Below, piece by piece: positions 40,801 through 50,417 of a stretch of 64,000 nucleotides of DNA (position 1 is its first letter; each line of letters starts with the position of its first letter). Both the position numbers and the translations under genes were made by a program. This DNA is from Thermodesulfobium acidiphilum (GTDB taxonomy: Bacteria > Thermodesulfobiota > Thermodesulfobiia > Thermodesulfobiales > Thermodesulfobiaceae). The stretch covers positions 1,600,916-1,664,915 of the forward strand of contig NZ_CP020921.1 of the NCBI RefSeq assembly GCF_003057965.1, written 5' to 3'. The notes below the pieces were generated by a model, which ran no database searches, had not been told where the DNA came from, and was given only the letters and a program-made list of their open reading frames with translations.

Positions 40801-41589
40801 TTATGGGAGTTGCTTGACGTTGTTTGCATCGCTAAGCATCTGATCGCAAACTGTCATCCCTTTTGCACAAGATTCATACGCTCTCTCAGCAGTTATAAGA
40901 TTTACCATCTCTTCTACAACCTGAACATTACTCATTTCCAGCATCCCTTGTTCCACCCAACCAATACCCTGTGTGCCAGGCGTGCCGAGTATAGCATCTC
41001 CTGAAGCGGGAGTACTCTGGTAAAGATTGGATCCAAGGGAAGTAAGTCCAGATGGATTAATAAATCTTGCTAGCTGAATTGTCCCAAGGTCTTGCACCGT
41101 TCCATCCTGCATCTTAGCAGATACAGAACCATCTTTGCCAACGCTTATTGAGACAGCATTCGTTGGAACCACAATAGAAGGTTGGAGCAAGTAACCTTCT
41201 GGAGTTACTATCTCTCCTGCAGAATCCAGTGAAAAATTGCCTGCTCTAGTATAAGCAGTAGAACCATCAGGTAGCGTTACCTGAAAGAAGCCATCTCCTT
41301 GAATTGCAAGATCTAATTGATTCCCGGTCTGCTGAAGTGGCCCTTCTGTAAAAATTCTAACAGTAGATACAGGTCTTGAACCCAAACCTATTTCCAAACC
41401 TGTAGGGAGCATGTTACCTGATGCACTGGTCGCTCCAGCAGGCCTGATTTCTTGGTACATTAGATCTTCAAATTCAGCTCTTGCCGTTTTAAACCCCGTA
41501 GTATTAACGTTAGCAAGATTATTCGTAATAACGTCAACATTAGTTGTCTGGCTTAACATACCAGACGCCGCAGTCCAAAGAGCTCTCAT
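40801..41589 (-). CDS. flgG: Distal rod protein FlgG
   Basis: NNLANVNTTGFK, FEDLMYQ, DLAIQGDGFF, LEMSNV. Confidence 0.96.
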   Translation of the reverse strand: MRALWTAASGMLSQTTNVDVITNNLANVNTTGFKTARAEFEDLMYQEIRPAGATSASGNMLPTGLEIGLGSRPVSTVRIFTEGPLQQTGNQLDLAIQGDGFFQVTLPDGSTAYTRAGNFSLDSAGEIVTPEGYLLQPSIVVPTNAVSISVGKDGSVSAKMQDGTVQDLGTIQLARFINPSGLTSLGSNLYQSTPASGDAILGTPGTQGIGWVEQGMLEMSNVQVVEEMVNLITAERAYESCAKGMTVCDQMLSDANNVKQLP

Positions 41590-41643
41590 TCAAACCTCCC
41601 GTTTTTAAGGGCCCCCGACAAGCGGTCCAGCCCAAAATATGTT

Positions 41644-42399
41644 CTAAATTCTAAATTGGCTTAACATTTGACCAGTTTCATTGTCTTCAATAACAATTGC
41701 CTTTTGCCCGCTCTCATAAGCTCTTTCTAAGGCTATCATATCAGCCATCTCTTTAACAGTATTTACATTAGAATTTTCAAGATATCCCTGTAATATTTTA
41801 AAACCAGTAGCATTTACAACCTGCCCGCTATAGCTATAAAGGTTAGATCCTTGAGGAACTATTAAAGATGGATTGTCAAGAGATACTATCCCAAGCGTGT
41901 CAGTTTGCTGACCGTCGACCTGGATAGATCCATCAGAGGATATGACGACATTTTGCCCATCAATAGTAATAGGTGCATTGGCACTAGAAAGAACAGGATA
42001 TCCATCTTGTGTAACCAATTCATCATTGTTATTTAGAGTAAAATTTCCAGCTCTTGTATATCTAATACCATTAGGGGTTTGAATCTGGAAAAATGCATTA
42101 TTGTTAAGCGAAATAGCTACGTCAAGTTTGGCAGAAGTGTGCTCAAGCCCACCAGCAGACAGATCTAGAGCCTGTGTAGAAAGTTCAGAACCGTTGCCAA
42201 GATATCCAATAAAGGGCGCTCTGTTGTCATCAGTTTGTAAAAAAACTCTATTTATAGGATAATTCTCGCTCTGTGAAATATTCTGGATTAAACGCTTAAA
42301 CGCTGGAGTAGAAATATTTGCAAGATCGTTTACCACGCTATCAAGTTTCTCAGAAAGTGCCACCATTCCTTTTGCTGCAGCCTCTATTCCTCTAACCAA
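41644..42399 (-). CDS. flgF: Rod protein FlgF (FlhO-like)
   Basis: NDLANIST, YTRAGNF, QGYLENSNVN; precedes flgG. Confidence 0.85.
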   Translation of the reverse strand: MVRGIEAAAKGMVALSEKLDSVVNDLANISTPAFKRLIQNISQSENYPINRVFLQTDDNRAPFIGYLGNGSELSTQALDLSAGGLEHTSAKLDVAISLNNNAFFQIQTPNGIRYTRAGNFTLNNNDELVTQDGYPVLSSANAPITIDGQNVVISSDGSIQVDGQQTDTLGIVSLDNPSLIVPQGSNLYSYSGQVVNATGFKILQGYLENSNVNTVKEMADMIALERAYESGQKAIVIEDNETGQMLSQFRI

Positions 42400-42451
42400 A
42401 ACCTCACCTCTTTTCTAACGTAAAGTTACTTTACTTACATACTATATAAGT

Positions 42452-42479
42452 TGATCGACAAAATTTACTAATTATTTTA
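42452..42479 (-). promoter_or_regulatory. Sigma28-like promoter of the flgF operon
   Basis: Minus strand TAAA-N16-GTCGATCA. Confidence 0.6.
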
Positions 42480-42670
42480 ATTTATCACCAGTTTCTTACA
42501 TCATAGTTTAACAAATACTTAACTATAGTCTTAAAAATTTCTACCCTCCTTTTCTATATATCCTTTTCATAATTAACATAATCAGCAAAAATATGTGGTA
42601 TAATACCGATTGCATCTTGATTAAACTTTAAGGAGTAAGTAAAGAACTGGAACAATTTGATTCTAATGTT

Positions 42671-44599
42671 ATGAAGAGCAATATGCTAAAGCTTATCGAA
42701 CAAGACGGCGAATGGTATCTTCACCTTTTGAACCTTTCTCCAAATTGTGTAGAAGTAATTGATTTAGAAGGAAAACTTTTCTTCTGCAACGAATCACACA
42801 AAAACGTTTTTGGCTATGAGCCTTTCGATCTTATTGGCAAATATTGGTATGAGCTGCTTCCAGAAGAGGACAGATTTCATGCAAAAAACCTTTTTGAAGA
42901 GATTGTTAAAAAGGGCAAAAGACCCCATTCAATCCCTATGAGAGGATTGAGATCAAATGGAGAAATAATAAATCTTTGGGTAAGATGGAATTATCTTAAG
43001 TTGGGAGATTCTTCGGTTTTTGGGATTTTTGCAGTAATTTCAGATATAAGCGAACTTCTTTCGAAAAAAGAACAGATTGTAAATCACAAACAAAGCATGG
43101 AACTAATATCTTCAAAAACTCCTTGTGCATTTTTCAGCTATAATTATAAATCAAAGAGATTTCACGCCTCAGGTAAGTGGAAAAAATTGCATTCAATCGA
43201 TAAAAGCGTTAAGCTTGACACCCTTGAAGCTCTTGAAAAAGTTATGAATAGTGATCTCTACAAAATCCTGATTACTTTCATAAATTCTTTTAAAAGCGAT
43301 GGAATAAAAGAAACTAGATACACTGTTGAAACACCTCATGGAAAGAAAGAATTAGTTAGTCTAGCTAAAACAAAGTCCACAAAGAAGAATGGATTAAATT
43401 ATTTATCCGGAGTAACTCTACAATTAGAAGATGAATCTTACTTTGAAGACGAGTATAAAAACTTATATACAGACCTTATTAAAAAAAATACTTCCGTAAT
43501 TTTTACTTTTGACCCAGACAATTTAAAAATACTTGACTTTAATAACTCCTTTCTAAAACTAACTGGCCTTAGTGAACTGGATTTAAAGGATAAAAGTCTT
43601 TTTGAACTATTTCCTGTAGAAAACCAGAAATTAGCTATTATTTCAAAGGAAATATGTTCTAAAGGTTCATGTATTTATAACACCCACTTAAGATGTAAAA
43701 ATTCTAGAATAAAAGACATATCAATGAACTGCTCTTTTCATAGATATGGTAAAAAAAATTTTATTTTGTGTATTTTAGAAGATCAAACTGAAAAAAACAT
43801 TTTTATGAGGAAGTTTCTTGAAAAAGAAAGGGAAAACATAAAGTTTAAAGAAAGCTTGCAGTCTATAATAAATCTTGAGTGCGAGAAAAAATTAAATTTA
43901 GAAAGAACCAAGCTAATTCGCACTGGTTACGAGGCATTAAAGTTTTCTACAGATTTTATATGTGAAAATGTAGAATCAAATTTAAAAAATATTTATCAAA
44001 CAATAAACAAAATTCAGAACACATTAAAGGAAAGAGGTTTTTTGGAAAATGAACTATCAAAAGCCTTTAAGGAATGCAGAACTTATTTTGAACTAATAAA
44101 TTTAAACATATCTGAATTCAAGGGTTTAAAATCGTTAGAGTCTCAAAATGGTAATGATGTTTTAAGTATTCTGAATAGTTGCAGTAATTTGTATAAACCA
44201 ATTTGGGAAAATAATAATATAAAGTTTGATTTCTCCATAAACGATGAAGTCAAAACATACCCAAAAAACAGGGAGATCTTAAGGGATGTTATATTCTCAA
44301 TATATTCTATAATTACCAAAAATATACTAAAACAGTCAAAGAAAGAGAAAGACAAAAATTTCAAAATAAAGGTTCTATTAACAAGAGGTGATAATTTTGT
44401 CAATATAGAATTCTTTGACAACGCAGTTTCTTTTGAAAAGGGAGATCCAGAATCTCAAGACAATATCAGTAAGGTTATTACAAATAGTTTACAAGCCATA
44501 TCTTCTTTGACAACGACATATCTTAACGGCATTTTGTTATATAAAAATAAACAAAACCAGAATACCTTTCATCTTAAAATTCCCATTGTTGTATTATAA
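42671..44599 (+). CDS. Cytoplasmic multi-PAS protein with degenerate histidine kinase-like C-terminus
   Basis: PAS domains (LLPEED, ILEDQTEK); C-terminal remnants IEFFDNAVSF and NTFHLKIP. Confidence 0.7.
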   Translation: MKSNMLKLIEQDGEWYLHLLNLSPNCVEVIDLEGKLFFCNESHKNVFGYEPFDLIGKYWYELLPEEDRFHAKNLFEEIVKKGKRPHSIPMRGLRSNGEIINLWVRWNYLKLGDSSVFGIFAVISDISELLSKKEQIVNHKQSMELISSKTPCAFFSYNYKSKRFHASGKWKKLHSIDKSVKLDTLEALEKVMNSDLYKILITFINSFKSDGIKETRYTVETPHGKKELVSLAKTKSTKKNGLNYLSGVTLQLEDESYFEDEYKNLYTDLIKKNTSVIFTFDPDNLKILDFNNSFLKLTGLSELDLKDKSLFELFPVENQKLAIISKEICSKGSCIYNTHLRCKNSRIKDISMNCSFHRYGKKNFILCILEDQTEKNIFMRKFLEKERENIKFKESLQSIINLECEKKLNLERTKLIRTGYEALKFSTDFICENVESNLKNIYQTINKIQNTLKERGFLENELSKAFKECRTYFELINLNISEFKGLKSLESQNGNDVLSILNSCSNLYKPIWENNNIKFDFSINDEVKTYPKNREILRDVIFSIYSIITKNILKQSKKEKDKNFKIKVLLTRGDNFVNIEFFDNAVSFEKGDPESQDNISKVITNSLQAISSLTTTYLNGILLYKNKQNQNTFHLKIPIVVL

Positions 44600-44635
44600 T
44601 AATAATCAAAATTAATAAAAACCTTAGGGGGCAAA

Positions 44636-45796
44636 ATGTCATTTATAACCAGGATTCCGATATTTAAAAAAAATCTTGAACTTTTTGGATACGAGATAAA
44701 AGGCTATTATGAAGGATCATTCATGTCATGTCTCGAAGAATGTCTTAACACAATTGGCTTAAATGTATTAAGTAAGGAGAAATATTTATTTTTAAGCGTT
44801 CCATCTGAAATATTCGAATACGATAACCTAAGAGACATGATCCCGCCGAAAAAGGCAATTTTTATAGTTAATCCATCTCAAATATCAAATAAAGAAATTT
44901 TTAAAAAGCTGAAAAATCAGGGAATAATGCTTTGTGCAAACGTTTCAGGCTTTTCAGATCTTGAAGACGTTAAGCACTTTGATTACGTAAAGATTTCTGT
45001 TTCAAGCTTTCAAGACGACTGGACCGGAATACCCAATCTCTTTAAAGGAGGAAAACTCCTTGTCGAGGTAAAAGAAAAGTCTATATTTAATAAAGCTGTA
45101 ACCTCCGGATACGAACTATTTGAAGGTGATTTCTTTATTCAACCTGAAATAATAGTAAGAAAAAAATTATCTCCTCAAAAAGCAATTATTTTAAGCATAC
45201 TTCAAGATGTAAGGCAAAAGGATTTTGATTTCTCAAAGATCGAAGAAAAAATAAAGAAAGATCCACATCTAACAATAAAACTATTAAAATTTATAAATTC
45301 TGCCTTTTTTAGTTTTAAAACTACGGTAACATCTATAAGGCAAGCTCTCGTAATACTGGGACAACAGGAATTTGTTAGATGGCTTACACTTGTGATCCTT
45401 GGAAAACTAAATGAAGGTAAACCTGAAGAAATAGTTTATAGGGCATCAGAAAGGGCAAAATTTATGGAATTGATATCCAATTATGTAGGGCTTTACGAAA
45501 GATCTCAAGAAGCTTTTTTGGTTGGACTTTTTTCTCTTGCACCTGCAATGACGGATATATCTATGGAAGAGTTTATTAAAGAAGTGCCTGTCACAGAAGA
45601 CGTTAAAGCTTCACTTCTTGGAAACGGGATATTTACAGATTTGTTTAATTTGAGATTATCAATAGAGAACGCTAATTGGGTAGAGATGAAAAGAATTTCA
45701 GAAAAATTAGGAATAAATCCTAACAAAATTGAAATAATAATTTACGAAAGCATAAAGTGGGCACATGAATCTTTGCTATACATAGAGAAACTATAA
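44636..45796 (+). CDS. EAL-like plus HDOD domain protein (YuxH/PdeH-type architecture)
   Basis: TRIPIF..FGYEI, LFEGDFF; HDOD DPHLTIKLLKFINSA, AFLVGLFS. Confidence 0.85.
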   Translation: MSFITRIPIFKKNLELFGYEIKGYYEGSFMSCLEECLNTIGLNVLSKEKYLFLSVPSEIFEYDNLRDMIPPKKAIFIVNPSQISNKEIFKKLKNQGIMLCANVSGFSDLEDVKHFDYVKISVSSFQDDWTGIPNLFKGGKLLVEVKEKSIFNKAVTSGYELFEGDFFIQPEIIVRKKLSPQKAIILSILQDVRQKDFDFSKIEEKIKKDPHLTIKLLKFINSAFFSFKTTVTSIRQALVILGQQEFVRWLTLVILGKLNEGKPEEIVYRASERAKFMELISNYVGLYERSQEAFLVGLFSLAPAMTDISMEEFIKEVPVTEDVKASLLGNGIFTDLFNLRLSIENANWVEMKRISEKLGINPNKIEIIIYESIKWAHESLLYIEKL

Positions 45797-45911
45797 AACA
45801 AATTAATAAAAATTTTTTTAAATAATTTAACTTATTTGCTTTTAAAAATGTTATAATGTATATTTAAATATATCTAGCAATTCAAAAAAAATTTATCCCT
45901 AAGGGGGGATT

Positions 45912-47648
45912 TTGATGAAATGGATTCGCGTTAACATGTCAGACCTTTCTGTAAAGGTCGAAGATGTACCAAAGAAGTATGAACAGATGGGAGGTAGATG
46001 GCTAACATCCTCTATAATAGCGGATGAGGTTCCAGCTACTTGTCACCCACTAGGCCCATTGAACAAAGTGGTAATTGCACCCGGTATCTTGAGTGGCACC
46101 ACAGCTCCGTCCTCAGGAAGAATTTCTGTAGGTACCAAATCACCTTTGACAGGTGGTATAAAAGAAGCAAACGCAGGAGCAAAATTCGGTCAATATCTCA
46201 AAAGAATGGGCTATAGTGCTATCATCATCGAAGGACAACCTAAGAACAAACAGTCCAGATATTTGTTAAATATCAGCAAGGAAAAGATAGAGTTAGTCGG
46301 TGCAGACGAGTACAAATTTATGAGACTTTACGAACTTAATGAAAAATTAGCAGCAAAATATGGCAAAGATGTCGGTATAGCATGTGTAGGCCCGGCAGCA
46401 GAACACCTTTTGGCTGGGACTGGCGTAGCCTTTAATGACGTTGAAAACAGACCAGCCAGATACGCAGGCAGAGGTGGTGTAGGAGCTGCATTTGCATCAA
46501 AGGGATTAAAAGCAATTGTAGTAGAAGCTGTAACGGGACAAGCAGCAATTTTAAATAATGAACTTTTTGAAATCGGCAGAAAAAAACTTCTAGCTGCTCT
46601 TCAAGAACATGCAGTAACCAAACCAAAAGGCGCATTAAATACCTATGGTACTGCAGTATTAGTAAATATATTAAATGAAGCAGGAGCGCTCCCCACCAGG
46701 AATTTTTCCAGTGGTACATTTGAAGGTGCAAAAAAGATATCCGGTGAAGCTATGGCAGAAGCAGCGGCCAAAAATCCTCAAGCTGGCATGATGGGTCACA
46801 GGTGTCATCCAGGTTGTGTAATAGGTTGTAGCGTAGTATATCCAGACGCACAAGGTAAGTCTCATACTTCAGTTGAATATGAAACTCTATGGGCAATAGG
46901 TGCAAACTGCGGAATAGATGACCTTGATGCCATAGCTCAGATGAACACCTTATGTAACGACATTGGGCTTGACACAATAGAATTCGGGGATGCAGTAGCG
47001 GTAGCAATGGAAGGGGGTTTGCTTCCCTTTGGAGATGCAAAGGGTGCAATAGCTCTACTTGAAGAAGTAAGAAAAGGAAGTCCACTTGGTAAGATCATAG
47101 GTTCTGGCTGCGGCACGGTAGGGAGAGTCTTCGGAGTAAGAAGAGTACCTGCAGTAAAGAATCAGGGCATGCCAGCTTATGAACCAAGAGTTATTAAGGG
47201 TATAGGTGTAACTTATATTACTACCCCAATGGGCGCAGACCACACAGCGGGATATTCAATTGCTCCAGAAATACTTGGAGTTGGCGGTAAGTTTGACCCG
47301 CACACAAATGAAGGTAAGGTAAAGCTTTCAAAAGACTTCCAGGCAACCACATGCTTTATCGATTCCACTGGATGTTGCGTGTTTACAGCCTTTGCCATAC
47401 TTGATATCCCTAGCGGTTTTGAAGGAATGGTAGAAGCCTGTAATGCAGTCACCGGAGCCAACTGGACCACTGGTGACGCATATGAAATAGGTTTAAACAT
47501 CTTAAAAACCGAACACCAGTTCAACTTATCCGCAGGATTTACTCAAAACGACGATAGACCACCTGAATTTATGAGACTTGAGCCAGTACCCCCACACAAC
47601 ATGATTTGGGATATGGCTGATTCTGAATTAGATTCTATCTGGAAGTAA
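45912..47648 (+). CDS. aor: Aldehyde:ferredoxin oxidoreductase (W/Mo-pterin)
   Basis: KSPLTGGIKEANAG, GRGGVGA..SKGLKAI, CHPGCVIGC, EYET, GLDTI, GADH. Confidence 0.93.
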   Translation: MMKWIRVNMSDLSVKVEDVPKKYEQMGGRWLTSSIIADEVPATCHPLGPLNKVVIAPGILSGTTAPSSGRISVGTKSPLTGGIKEANAGAKFGQYLKRMGYSAIIIEGQPKNKQSRYLLNISKEKIELVGADEYKFMRLYELNEKLAAKYGKDVGIACVGPAAEHLLAGTGVAFNDVENRPARYAGRGGVGAAFASKGLKAIVVEAVTGQAAILNNELFEIGRKKLLAALQEHAVTKPKGALNTYGTAVLVNILNEAGALPTRNFSSGTFEGAKKISGEAMAEAAAKNPQAGMMGHRCHPGCVIGCSVVYPDAQGKSHTSVEYETLWAIGANCGIDDLDAIAQMNTLCNDIGLDTIEFGDAVAVAMEGGLLPFGDAKGAIALLEEVRKGSPLGKIIGSGCGTVGRVFGVRRVPAVKNQGMPAYEPRVIKGIGVTYITTPMGADHTAGYSIAPEILGVGGKFDPHTNEGKVKLSKDFQATTCFIDSTGCCVFTAFAILDIPSGFEGMVEACNAVTGANWTTGDAYEIGLNILKTEHQFNLSAGFTQNDDRPPEFMRLEPVPPHNMIWDMADSELDSIWK

Positions 47649-47890
47649 TGCCGAAAATCACAGTTGCCCTTTATGCAGGCCTTAAAGCTCGCGCCCATGC
47701 TCCAGAGGGCGCGAGTGAATTTGACTTAGATATTCCAGAAGGATCTAAGATAGGAGATATAATAAAACTTTTGGACCTTCCTGATGACGAAGTTGCAAAT
47801 ATATTTGTAGACAGATCTCTAAAAGATAGAGAATATATAGTCAAAGATGGTCAAAGGATAGCGTTTTTTCCCCTAATAGCAGGCGGATAA
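47648..47890 (+). CDS. MoaD/ThiS sulfur carrier
   Basis: Beta-grasp size, C-terminal FPLIAGG; coupled to aor. Confidence 0.9.
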   Translation: MPKITVALYAGLKARAHAPEGASEFDLDIPEGSKIGDIIKLLDLPDDEVANIFVDRSLKDREYIVKDGQRIAFFPLIAGG

Positions 47891-49227
47891 AGAGGCAAAT
47901 ATACTGAAAAGGTACTACCTTCTTTGTATTTGCTTTTTACTTTTATATCTCCTCCGTGAAGTTGAATTATTTCTTTAGATAGAGAAAGTCCCAAGCCAAA
48001 CCCAGAGCTTTGTCTGGAAGAATCTACTCTATAAAACTTTTCAAATAATCTGGGAAGAGCTTCTTCCTTTATCCCTATTCCAGTATCAATTATGTCTATT
48101 ACTGCAAAATTCCCTTCTTTTCTTGAAAGTATCCCTACTTCTCCATTTTCCTTATTGTATTTTATAGCGTTATCAACCAACGCCCAAATAGCTCTCCTGA
48201 GATAATCTTCATCGGCATTGACATAAAGATCGCATGTTGAAAAGGTAACATTTATAGTTTGCGATAAGGCCTGTGCCTCTTTTGCAATTTCTTCAATAAG
48301 CTCTCTTATGTTAACCTTTACAAAGTTTATTCTTGGCTTTGACTCTACCCTCGCCAGAAATAACAAATCATTTACCAGTCTCTCCATTCTTTGTGTTGCT
48401 ATAGAAATAGTCTGAATAGACTCTTCAAGTATTTTTTTATCATCTTTGCCCCACCTCTTAAGAAGATCGTTGTAACTTTTTATTATAGAAAGAGGAGTTC
48501 TTAGATCATGTGACGCTGCAGCAACAAACTCCTGCTGACTTTTAAAACCTTTTTCCAGCCTTTCAAGCATTTCGTTAAAAGCTTGTGCAAGCAAGTATAA
48601 CTCGTCCTTTGGACCCGATAAAAGAATTCTCTCATCCAATTTACCAGTGTTAATCTCTTTCACCTTTCTGGTAAGTATGGCAAGAGGTTTAAGAGTATTC
48701 GTTACACTTATATAACCGCTTGTCATTGCAAACAAAGTAGCACCCATCATGAGAAATATCAACAAACCTGATAAAACAGCAAGAAAGTGTTTTTCCCTTT
48801 TTAATGGGTGTGCTACTTCCACAAATATTCCATTCCCAATATCCTTTCCCGAAATTAAGACCTCTTGGCCATTAATTAGGATGGACTTTACAGGGCCATC
48901 GTAAAAAGGTAGCTTAATATTGCCTAAATTTGGAGATTTACTGACAAGCTTATTATCTTTATATATCTGTATCCAGAGTTCCAGGCTTCCCGCCTGATCT
49001 ACTAATTCAGGGTCAGTTAGATCGGGATTTTTTTCATTCTGAAGCGAGTTTTGAATATTTGAAATCGCTACCTTTATCTTTGAATTTGCTTCTTTTGTAA
49101 GAGCAAAGTTCATGCCAAATATCACTACAAAACCACATAAAACTAATGTAGTAAGAAGTATAGCACAATAATATAGTGTAAGCCTTATACCTATTGAACT
49201 TTCAATATAGTTTTTAAGCTTTTTCAT
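47851..49227 (-). CDS. HAMP sensor histidine kinase (OmpR-partner type)
   Basis: ASHDLRTPL, NAIKY, DTGIGI, FYRVD, GFGLGL. Confidence 0.94.
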   Translation of the reverse strand: MKKLKNYIESSIGIRLTLYYCAILLTTLVLCGFVVIFGMNFALTKEANSKIKVAISNIQNSLQNEKNPDLTDPELVDQAGSLELWIQIYKDNKLVSKSPNLGNIKLPFYDGPVKSILINGQEVLISGKDIGNGIFVEVAHPLKREKHFLAVLSGLLIFLMMGATLFAMTSGYISVTNTLKPLAILTRKVKEINTGKLDERILLSGPKDELYLLAQAFNEMLERLEKGFKSQQEFVAAASHDLRTPLSIIKSYNDLLKRWGKDDKKILEESIQTISIATQRMERLVNDLLFLARVESKPRINFVKVNIRELIEEIAKEAQALSQTINVTFSTCDLYVNADEDYLRRAIWALVDNAIKYNKENGEVGILSRKEGNFAVIDIIDTGIGIKEEALPRLFEKFYRVDSSRQSSGFGLGLSLSKEIIQLHGGDIKVKSKYKEGSTFSVYLPLYPPAIRGKNAIL

Positions 49228-49906
49228 TCGACTCTACTTTTAGAGCGTAACCAACCCCTCTTACGGTATGTAAAATCTTGTTTTCAAACGGATCGTCTAT
49301 CTTTGCCCTAAGATACCTTATATACACATCAACTACATTTTCACTACCATAATAATCATAACCCCATACGTGATTTAAAATAGTATCCCTATTTAAGACT
49401 TTTCCTACATTTTCAGCAAGATACTTCAGCAAATCAAATTCCTTTTTTGAAAGACTTACTGATTTGTCTGCCCTTTTTACCTCTCTAGTCTGTGGCGATA
49501 TTACCAGATCACCAACTACTATTTGCTCTAAATCCTTTGTACCCTTCCTGAGCCTCGCCCTTATTCTGGCAATCAATTCTTCAATCACAAATGGCTTGGT
49601 TACGTAGTCATCTGCTCCCAGATCAAGCCCTTTAACTTTATCCTTTACAGCGTCTCTTGCGGTCAGAATTATTATTGCAACGTCTTTTTGCGACTTCATC
49701 CTCTTACAAACCTCAAACCCGTCTATACCCGGAATCATTAAATCCAGCAAAACTAAGTCAAAATCCTTTTCAGAAAACAAACCTATTGCTTCATAACCAT
49801 TATCAGCAGTGTCTACCAGATAGCCTTCATGCTCAAGTTCTAATTGTAGGTATCTTGCAAGATTATATTCATCTTCAACCACAAGGATTCTATACTCTTT
49901 TTCCAT
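49214..49906 (-). CDS. OmpR-family response regulator
   Basis: VVEDE, LDLMIP, GADDYVTKPF, NVVDVYIRYLR, TVRGVGY. Confidence 0.96.
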   Translation of the reverse strand: MEKEYRILVVEDEYNLARYLQLELEHEGYLVDTADNGYEAIGLFSEKDFDLVLLDLMIPGIDGFEVCKRMKSQKDVAIIILTARDAVKDKVKGLDLGADDYVTKPFVIEELIARIRARLRKGTKDLEQIVVGDLVISPQTREVKRADKSVSLSKKEFDLLKYLAENVGKVLNRDTILNHVWGYDYYGSENVVDVYIRYLRAKIDDPFENKILHTVRGVGYALKVESNEKA

Positions 49907-50148
49907 AAAACACCACCAATTTAAAATATTTTTAATAATTTTAATACAGCATAGATTAAAAACAAATTAAACTTAAGACTAAAACTTAAAACCTACTTTT
50001 TTATTTTAGAAAAACATTAAAACACTCTCTTCTTATATTAGCATTAAACAAATATTAAAAAACTCTAATTTTATTATAAAACTTTTAAAAGTTCAAAAGT
50101 ATATCCTTATATGAAAGTTAATCCGTCATAGGATATGAAGGAGGAAAA

Positions 50149-50250
50149 ATGAAAAAAGGGAAGGCAATTTTTAATATTATACTTCTAATATTATTTTTTT
50201 TAGGAACTAGTATAAGCATATTTGTAATAGTTGGGGGGAGAAGATTTTAA
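50149..50250 (+). CDS. Unannotated 33-aa single-TM small protein
   Basis: RBS AAGGAGG; MKKGKAIFNIILLILFFLGTSISIFVIVGGRRF*. Confidence 0.55.
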   Translation: MKKGKAIFNIILLILFFLGTSISIFVIVGGRRF

Positions 50251-50342
50251 GCAATTTCTAACTTTATAAATTTTTTAAACTAAATTTTAAAGTTGAAATT
50301 AACCATAAGCTACAAATATTTATAACGTAAAAGCGGAAAAAC

Positions 50343-50372
50343 TTGATCAGAATTATTCTTTTATACTATAAT
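50343..50372 (+). promoter_or_regulatory. Sigma70-type promoter upstream of the MCP
   Basis: TTGATC-N18-TATAAT. Confidence 0.5.
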
Positions 50373-50417
50373 TACTATTGTTTTTTATTTCATTTTATTT
50401 CATCATAGGGGGTAACA

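Noticed and set aside
47851-47890. 40-nt convergent overlap of the moaD-like gene and the kinase gene
   Set aside because: A short 3' overlap from stop-codon drift; both proteins look intact.
50330-50417. Possible c-di-GMP riboswitch before the MCP (GCGGAAAAC...)
   Set aside because: No supporting stems; the segment reads as a sigma70 promoter.
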